Source: Desulfatiglandales bacterium (GTDB taxonomy: Bacteria > Desulfobacterota > DSM-4660 > Desulfatiglandales > HGW-15). From it: a stretch of 64,000 nt of DNA. Positions within the stretch are counted from its first letter, which is position 1. Every line of letters begins with the position of its first letter. The stretch spans positions 2,880,001 to 2,944,000 of the forward strand of contig CAXXJJ010000004.1 in NCBI GenBank assembly GCA_963667015.2, in the 5' to 3' direction. The position numbers and the translations under genes were made by a program. Of this stretch, positions 58,142 through 64,000 are shown piece by piece. A model generated the notes under the pieces. The model saw only the letters and a program-made list of their open reading frames with translations, made no database searches and was not told where the DNA came from.

Positions 58142-58268
58142 CATTGCATCTACAAGGACCGTGCTATTTTTTTCGCCTTTTTTAAACTATCTGCCATCCA
58201 TGAACTTTCTTGCATTTAATATGGCAAGTAGGTTTGCACTGCCCGGCCTGTAATGCTTTTCGTTAGCA
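58135..58268 (+). repeat. attC
   Basis: AGCCAAC...GTTAGCA. Confidence 0.85.
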
Positions 58269-58281
58269 TTTAGGAAATATC

Positions 58282-59316
58282 ATGTGGAATCCATTTCGTC
58301 GGAAGAAAATAAATCAGTCATCACATTCAACTGAACATCAGAGCAATCGTGTTGATGCTCTGGCAAATGAACTTCAGCAAGAAGGTCGAATTAAAGACCT
58401 TGAACATGAATTAGAGCGCCTTGATTACTCGTCACTCTCTAAAATCGAAAAAGAAGCTTGGTGGCACTTATATGGAATTGTGGCTTTTCAAGATGGCCAT
58501 GACAATGAGGCTTTACAACGATTCCAAGAGGCATATAATAAATTTCCGAATTCAGCACAGATCAGGTTTTCATTAGGTCAACAGTATATCCGTACCGGAG
58601 ATATTGAAAAAGGTTTTAGTTTATTTAAGACATGTAGATTTCCTGACGTGTCTAGGGAATACGCGCTCGCTCAGGCTAGATATGCCTACCTCTGGGATCG
58701 ACATGAGGATGGAAAATTATTCCTAAGACCATTTTTTGATGCATATAAACAAGTCAAAATATTAGATGACCACTTTTTGTACGTCCGTGGTTTACCATTT
58801 TTCAGTCAATGGTGGTCTTACCTAACAGCATTTGCAATCTTATCTGATGATTACGAAGAAATAGATTCAATCACTAAATATGTAAGTAAAAGCTGTAGCG
58901 ATTATGATTTTGATTATCTTCAAGTTGAGTTAGAGGCTTACAAAAATGACAAACCTCAGATATTACTTGAAACACTTGAAAAAAGGCTTCGTGATATGTC
59001 AGGAGGTAATTTCCCAACAGGTTATACGCGGATGAATATAGCAGTAATTAAATCACGAAACTCTGAATCTGCTGAGGCTGCGGAGAGTATTCTATCCAAC
59101 GTAGAGCTATCTGAGCAAGATTTCCCATGGTTATATGATATTCGAACACTTGCACAAGCAGAAGCCTCTCATCGTCTCGGAGATTCTATTAGTGAGGAAA
59201 AGCATATCAAGGCTTTCATGACAAAACAGAGTATGTTGTTTGAACCCGACATTGCACTAAATTTTCATCTACTTCGGTACCAAGAAATATTAAAGATAGA
59301 ATTTTTAGGGAAATAA
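58282..59316 (+). CDS. Cassette: TPR-repeat protein
   Basis: AWWHLYGIVAF...EALQRFQEA...P and FSLGQQY...G TPR-like helix pairs. Confidence 0.7.
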   Translation: MWNPFRRKKINQSSHSTEHQSNRVDALANELQQEGRIKDLEHELERLDYSSLSKIEKEAWWHLYGIVAFQDGHDNEALQRFQEAYNKFPNSAQIRFSLGQQYIRTGDIEKGFSLFKTCRFPDVSREYALAQARYAYLWDRHEDGKLFLRPFFDAYKQVKILDDHFLYVRGLPFFSQWWSYLTAFAILSDDYEEIDSITKYVSKSCSDYDFDYLQVELEAYKNDKPQILLETLEKRLRDMSGGNFPTGYTRMNIAVIKSRNSESAEAAESILSNVELSEQDFPWLYDIRTLAQAEASHRLGDSISEEKHIKAFMTKQSMLFEPDIALNFHLLRYQEILKIEFLGK

Positions 59317-59320
59317 AAAA

Positions 59321-59387
59321 TGCTAACAATGGCTTTCACCGGAAAGCCTGATGAGACGTCGGCTTCCCGTGAAGCCAGGCGTTGGGC
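59321..59387 (+). repeat. attC (short type)
   Basis: TGCTAAC...GTTGGGC. Confidence 0.88.
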
Positions 59388-59401
59388 TCAAATAATCACG
59401 C

Positions 59402-59430
59402 TTGACGTTAATCATGCTATTCGTTATCAT
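59402..59430 (+). promoter_or_regulatory. higBA promoter (leaderless transcript likely)
   Basis: TTGACG-N17-TATCAT, 5 nt before the ATG, no SD. Confidence 0.7.
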
Positions 59431-59435
59431 GCCCT

Positions 59436-59714
59436 ATGATTAGTTCATTTAAATGTAAAGACACAAAAGCTCTTTCAAACGGTCAGCGAGTAAAACGCTT
59501 TGTAAATATTGAGAATGTTGCACGTCGTAAACTTCGGCAGCTTGAAATCGCTAATCGAATTGAAGACTTGAGAATTCCACCCGGAAATCGCCTTGAGGCA
59601 CTCAAAGGCGACCGGTCCGGTCAATATAGTATTCGCATCAATGACCAATGGCGTATATGCTTTTACTGGTCAAATTCGGGTGCAGATGATGTTGAAATAG
59701 TCGATTACCACTAA
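59436..59714 (+). CDS. higB: HigB toxin (RelE superfamily)
   Basis: MISSFKCK, LRIPPGNRLEALKGDR, SIRINDQWRICF, VEIVDYH. Confidence 0.93.
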   Translation: MISSFKCKDTKALSNGQRVKRFVNIENVARRKLRQLEIANRIEDLRIPPGNRLEALKGDRSGQYSIRINDQWRICFYWSNSGADDVEIVDYH

Positions 59715-59726
59715 GGAGGTCTTATT

Positions 59727-60038
59727 ATGAAAAAACTAAAACCAATTACTCCTGGTGAAATTCTTCTCGAAGATTTTCTTAAACCTATGGGTATCAGTCA
59801 ATATCGGTTGGCCAAAGAAATAGGTGTGCCTGCTCAACGGATTAGTGAAATTATTTCAGGTAAACGTTCTATAACAGCTGATACAGATTTACGACTGTGT
59901 CGTTTTTTTGGTCTATCAAATGGCTACTGGCTACGAGCTCAAGCCGCACATGATACAGAAGTAGCTGAACGTGACCTTATGAAAGTAATATCAAAAATCA
60001 AACCTTGGGCAGAAAATATTGCCCAACAAAGCAATTAA
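59727..60038 (+). CDS. higA: HigA antitoxin (HTH)
   Basis: PGEILLEDFLKPMGISQYRLAK, GKRSITADTDLRL. Confidence 0.93.
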   Translation: MKKLKPITPGEILLEDFLKPMGISQYRLAKEIGVPAQRISEIISGKRSITADTDLRLCRFFGLSNGYWLRAQAAHDTEVAERDLMKVISKIKPWAENIAQQSN

Positions 60039-60150
60039 GGTGATTGGCTGGTTTTTCTTGCCGATTGACACTCAACAGTATCAATGGTCTTCATACTTTA
60101 TCGACCATCGGCACCATTAACCCGCCAACCCCTTATCGCAAACGTTGGCT
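60021..60150 (+). repeat. attC
   Basis: GCCCAAC...GTTGGCT. Confidence 0.85.
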
Positions 60151-60171
60151 GTCAATAGAATCAGGAAAAAA

Positions 60172-60537
60172 ATGGCAAAGAAAAAGAATTTATCACCAAA
60201 ATATCAAGTATGGATTGATGCAAGAAAAAGGTTTCATCTTTCTCATGATCATATCCGAATGGCGCGGGAATTAGGTTTAAATCCAAAAAAATTTGGTAAA
60301 CTGGCAAATCATAAACAGGAGCCTTGGAAATTACCACTTCCGGAATATATTGAAGAATTGTATTTCAAACATTTTAAAAAGGAACCGCTAAAAAACTCAT
60401 TGTCTATAGAGCAACATGTAAAATTAAAAAAACAAAAAAATGCGGAAAGAAAAGAACGCAAAAGGCAGGAAAACGCCAAAGAAACAATTGAGCATGTTCC
60501 GGCCACTAATCCTGAATATGATGATATACCCTTTTAA
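60172..60537 (+). CDS. Cassette: basic hypothetical protein with family B-type ends
   Basis: WIDARKRFHLS..MARELGLNPKKFGKLANHKQEPWKLPL. Confidence 0.7.
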   Translation: MAKKKNLSPKYQVWIDARKRFHLSHDHIRMARELGLNPKKFGKLANHKQEPWKLPLPEYIEELYFKHFKKEPLKNSLSIEQHVKLKKQKNAERKERKRQENAKETIEHVPATNPEYDDIPF

Positions 60538-60605
60538 GTAAATCTTTTATTTAAAAACATTAATTGAAAGTAAGCAGTCAAAAACAAACTAAACAGGTTG
60601 GCGGC

Positions 60606-60728
60606 TGCCAACAAGTGCATCTACAAGGACCGTGCTATTTTTTTCGCCTTTTTTAAATTACCTGCCAACTCGGCATCATCGCACCTTTAAAATGGAAGGT
60701 TGGTGTGCTGTAATGCTTTCTGTTTTGC
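60606..60728 (+). repeat. Degenerate attC
   Basis: TGCCAAC...GTTTTGC; right arm partly deleted. Confidence 0.65.
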
Positions 60729-60740
60729 CAAAAAAATATA

Positions 60741-60770
60741 TTGCACGTACTAAATATTGTACGATATACT
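60741..60770 (+). promoter_or_regulatory. TA promoter with palindromic operator
   Basis: TTGCAC-N18-TATACT overlapping CGTAC-N8-GTACG. Confidence 0.65.
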
Positions 60771-60800
60771 GCACAAAATAAATACTTAATGAGGTGCAAC

Positions 60801-61082
60801 ATGCAAAGATTAAAAATAAGCCAGGATATCAAACCATTATCTGAAGTAAGGACTGGTATTGCAAATTTTATTAAACAAGTCCATGACACGAAAAGGCCTG
60901 TCATTATCACTCAGCATGGTAAAAGCGTTGCAGTCCTTCTAGACGCCAACGAATATGAAGCAATGCAAGAAAAACTTGATCTTTTAACAGACGTCCAGAT
61001 ATCCCTTAACCAGATTGAAAACGGGGAAGGAATAAATCATGAGGATGCAAAAACAAAAGTAGTAAAAAGAGTCCAAAAATGA
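60801..61082 (+). CDS. Phd/YefM antitoxin
   Basis: IKPLSEVR, RPVIITQHGKSVAVLL; ATG after GAGGTG. Confidence 0.9.
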   Translation: MQRLKISQDIKPLSEVRTGIANFIKQVHDTKRPVIITQHGKSVAVLLDANEYEAMQEKLDLLTDVQISLNQIENGEGINHEDAKTKVVKRVQK

Positions 61083-61375
61083 AAATAATATGGTCACCAT
61101 TAGCTATCGACAGAGCTTCTGAAATAGCTGACTATATTTATCAAGACAAACCATCCGCAGCGGAAAAATGGATCGATACCATATTTTCAAAGGTTGAACA
61201 GCTTAAATCTTCTCCAGAAATCGGAAGGATTGTTCCTGAAATAAAAAACGAGCACTTTAGAGAAATAATATACGGAAATTACCGCATAATATATCGTATC
61301 GAAAAGAAACAAATATCAATTCTTACAATTCGGCATGGTATGCAAATAATGCCAATAAAAGAAATTTTGGCATAA
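61079..61375 (+). CDS. RelE/ParE family toxin
   Basis: MKIIWSPLA, PEIGRIVPE, REIIYGNYRIIYR; coupled to the antitoxin. Confidence 0.9.
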   Translation: MKIIWSPLAIDRASEIADYIYQDKPSAAEKWIDTIFSKVEQLKSSPEIGRIVPEIKNEHFREIIYGNYRIIYRIEKKQISILTIRHGMQIMPIKEILA

Positions 61376-61478
61376 CATCAAAATAAACTCAGACCGGGTT
61401 AATCTCTTGCCAGATCGAAGTTGAGTGCAACATAGTCACAATTGAGGTTGGCAGATATTTGTAATATTAAACCGCCCG
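61370..61478 (+). repeat. Truncated attC (no L'/R')
   Basis: Matches the 38269 type up to AAACCGCCCG, then diverges. Confidence 0.7.
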
Positions 61479-61551
61479 ATAAGGGGTTAGGGATAAAGGA
61501 CTTATTTTTACCATTTCGTGAAAACACATAAAAATCAGGGGAGATCAAATA

Positions 61552-62517
61552 ATGGAAAATCAATTTAAGGAGATAATTCATTACGCCACACTTGCTCCCT
61601 CGGGACACAATACCCAACCGTGGCAATTTTCAGTCAAAAACAACTCTATCCTAATATATCCCGATTACTCCCGAAGACTTCCCGTCGTCGATCCTGACGA
61701 TCATGCGTTGTTTATTAGTCTGGGATGTGCTCTGGAAAATCTCATAATTGCGGCAAACCACATGGGCTATAGTGCAAAAGTTGAATATTTTCCGGCGGAT
61801 GAAGAAAAAGATTGCATTCGAGTAACCATTAATAAAGAAAATCTCGGATTTGATGCTGACCTTTTCGATGCCATCACAAGTCGACAAGCAACCCGAAGCA
61901 AGTATGATGGCCAACCGATTCCTACGAAAGACTTGGAGAAGCTCAAACAAGCCAGTAAGCAGGATAAGGTTTCTTTTATCTTATTTACCGAGGGAAAAGA
62001 AATTGATCCGATCATAGAATTTGTAAAACAGGGGAATATACTGCAGTTTCGCAATAAATCATTCGTCAATGAATTAATCAAATGGATTCGTTTCAGTAAA
62101 AAGGATGCTCTTACGAGTCGTGATGGATTGAACTCTGCTTCCATGGGTTTACCGTTTGTCCCAACATGGTTGGGCAAATTTATTCTTAATACTTTTGCTA
62201 CGCCTGAGGGTGAAGCAAGAAAATGTGAAAAACTCATTCGCGGGTCATCAGGTTTAGTATTATTTATTGCTAAATCCAATGACAGAAAATCATGGATTAA
62301 TGTGGGTCGAAGTTTTGAACGGGTTATGCTTAAAGCCACTTTTCTCAACATTAAGCATGCCCACATGAATATGCCTTGCGAAGAAATAGAAACCAGAACG
62401 AACCTACAAAAACACTTGGGTCTGAAGGACGAGCAACCATTGTTATTACTGCGAATAGGTTACTCAAATCCCAAGCCTAAATCCTATCGTCGCCCTGTTG
62501 AAGAAGTCCTGGTTTGA
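61552..62517 (+). CDS. Acg-type FMN-binding nitroreductase-family protein
   Basis: LAPSGHNTQPWQF, SLGCALENL, GRSFER, LLLRIGY, SYRRPVEEVL. Confidence 0.85.
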   Translation: MENQFKEIIHYATLAPSGHNTQPWQFSVKNNSILIYPDYSRRLPVVDPDDHALFISLGCALENLIIAANHMGYSAKVEYFPADEEKDCIRVTINKENLGFDADLFDAITSRQATRSKYDGQPIPTKDLEKLKQASKQDKVSFILFTEGKEIDPIIEFVKQGNILQFRNKSFVNELIKWIRFSKKDALTSRDGLNSASMGLPFVPTWLGKFILNTFATPEGEARKCEKLIRGSSGLVLFIAKSNDRKSWINVGRSFERVMLKATFLNIKHAHMNMPCEEIETRTNLQKHLGLKDEQPLLLLRIGYSNPKPKSYRRPVEEVLV

Positions 62518-62523
62518 ATTGGT

Positions 62524-62581
62524 ATACAACATCAGGTTCAACAGGCCATACTTCGTCCGCCTGTTAACTTGCGCGTTACAG
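62524..62581 (+). repeat. Last attC seen
   Basis: ATACAAC..GTT(C)AACAGGC/GCCTGTTAAC..GTTACAG. Confidence 0.75.
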
Positions 62582-62744
62582 GGCTAAAACAGGGAGAAAA
62601 TAATGCGTTACCAAGTAGATATTAAAAGGTGTTGAGGCAACTGTTAACGAGTCATCTATAAATACACCTATGATGATGTTCCCATCAACAAATCAAAAAT
62701 GGGAATGAGGTGGTCTTCATAGTATTCAAAAGGCAATATAACAC

Positions 62745-62969
62745 TTATGTATGTTCATGAACTATTAGCCATTTCCCCTTCACCTTCTGAAAAACAAAAG
62801 AATTTCTATACTGGTTCACTTCCTGTTCCGTTGTTGTCGGATTTGTGTACCTGTATATGAAATACTGGGTTACTACAGCAACGTCATTCCCCACCATGGC
62901 GACCCGCTGATTGTGAGGAGAAATTACGTATGTTCCGGGCGGATCTGCCAGCATGCTCTTCCAGACCAT
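62745..62969 (-). pseudogene. NTF2/SnoaL-like domain fragment
   Basis: GNDVAVV...SFVFQKVKGKWLIVHEH C-terminal half; in-frame stop just upstream. Confidence 0.55.
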
Positions 62970-63309
62970 TGAGAAGGCTCCCCAGCCCTGAGATAAAAAG
63001 GATACTCATCCGACGCAACAGTTACCGATGACGCTGTAAAGAAGCAAAACAACAGTTAAACGATTTTTCAGAATGATATGGAAATGTTTGGTAACCGGGA
63101 AAAACAGGTCTTACGTGAAGATTATTTTGAATGGTCCACTTGAAATCAAATTGAATTTTTCATTTTTCAAGATGCATAATGATCATAAAAGGAAATCTAT
63201 GAATCAGGAGTAAAAATTTACTCCAAAATTTTTTAATAAGCATGCTTTTTTGCTTATCAGGAATGGCAGTTACTGATTATTTTATCCTTATATTATGTTT
63301 CTTAATGGT

Positions 63310-63492
63310 TTATTGCTTCCCTATTCTTTCATTATACTCAGCCTGAACTTTCTTCAGTTTGCTGTAAAGCTCTTCCTCGGTAATAATCCCCTTCTCTATT
63401 AAAAGCCTGCAGAGAGTATCAATCTGTATGGTATTTGCGACTAATAATTCTTTAAAACTGGCCAGTTCTTTTACATCTGGTTGTTGTCCCAT
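63310..63492 (-). CDS. Small hypothetical protein
   Basis: AAGGAG RBS; LLIEKGIITEEEL. Confidence 0.65.
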   Translation of the reverse strand: MGQQPDVKELASFKELLVANTIQIDTLCRLLIEKGIITEEELYSKLKKVQAEYNERIGKQ

Positions 63493-63543
63493 TGTTCTCC
63501 TTTATTTTCTGCTGAATCATTTTTTACGCAACATGGTTATCTC

Positions 63544-63999
63544 TCACTTTACAATCCTTAACCTGTGAGTCTTTCTAAGCCGGTCCCACAGGGCATGTAT
63601 AATTAACCCCGACACTTCATTTTCATCTATATCATTCCTTCCGGATATATACATGCAATCCATGATTAATGGTTCATTGCCATTCCACATATATTTATTT
63701 CTGATATAGCTTCCCAGGGTATTATCAAGGGAACGCAAGTCGCGTTCCTTCATGTTTGCTATCCTGGCCTTGTCTCTAAGGGGTAATTCCTCGACAAGTC
63801 GTTCTATTACATCTTCAACAGTTTCCAGCAGTAACGGAGTCGGATTCATAGGATCGGGCACACTGCTTTCAATTATCTCCATATGAAAGACGGTGGTCAG
63901 CAGTCTCATTGCTGCCTGATAAATATATTTGTCGTTGCTGATTCCCGGGCCGGTTACATTAAGGATTTCTATATGGTTATCAGATGCCCACTTTTTTAC
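63544..63999 (-). CDS. Putative molybdenum-carrier (SLOG) family protein, 3' part (starts beyond the window)
   Basis: Frame is open to the window edge: IEILNVTGPGISNDKYIY, then a helical C-terminal domain. Confidence 0.6.
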   Translation of the reverse strand, partial: VKKWASDNHIEILNVTGPGISNDKYIYQAAMRLLTTVFHMEIIESSVPDPMNPTPLLLETVEDVIERLVEELPLRDKARIANMKERDLRSLDNTLGSYIRNKYMWNGNEPLIMDCMYISGRNDIDENEVSGLIIHALWDRLRKTHRLRIVK

Positions 64000-64000
64000 A

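Larger units (their letters stand above)
29262..62581 (+). mobile_element. Large integron: intI + attI + about 50 cassettes
   Basis: intI divergent from an AT-rich array with about 52 attC-type sites; nearly every cassette starts with a GTT core complementary to its own downstream R'' box. Confidence 0.95.

Noticed and set aside
38680..60274. ORF-track starts or whole ORFs inside attC sites (38680, 39125, 43895, 44381, 52361, 53624, 54100, 55966, 57136, 60044)
   Set aside because: These are open frames through attC; starts were moved to the first plausible ATG after the GTT core, or the ORF was dropped.
31086..62581. CRISPR array interpretation of the repeats
   Set aside because: Repeats are 55-134 bp, heterogeneous and separated by gene-sized units; no cas genes; they have attC architecture.

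Overview
The window has two halves. Bases 1-27.9 kb are ordinary chromosome, with gene content and order typical of a deltaproteobacterium/Desulfobacterota (inference): trkA (partial), DUF4416-yicC-DUF370-gmk-rlmB, a sigma54-driven psp locus, an ECF sigma/anti-sigma pair, argJ, secA, an M23 peptidase, uvrC, rpsF-rpsR-yybS-rplI-dnaB-hflX, csp, apbE, ribF and tRNA-Leu(CAG). Bases 29.3-62.6 kb hold a large AT-rich integron: intI on the minus strand, attI near 30845, and about 52 attC-type sites read by eye. Its cassettes are mostly small hypothetical, membrane, lipoprotein or immunity-like genes, plus HNH, HEPN-like, GNAT, TPR and nitroreductase genes and two TA pairs. Four things stand out. (1) Six gene-less 'family A' cassettes carry 2-3 fixed-length 40-bp palindromes whose sequence co-varies while the geometry stays constant. 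(2) Four gene-less 'family B' cassettes have ends that also frame unrelated genes, like a cassette scaffold. (3) A tyrosine recombinase + IS91-type HUH transposase module has its own reverse attC-like site and sits inverted exactly in the R'' box of a host attC; the recombinase's C-terminal catalytic residues lie behind an A_AAA_AAG -1 frameshift. (4) A two-gene cassette pairs a transglycosylase lacking a membrane anchor with a Pol-beta-type nucleotidyltransferase. All calls come from motif recognition by eye; no database searches or folding were run, and novelty cannot be verified from here.
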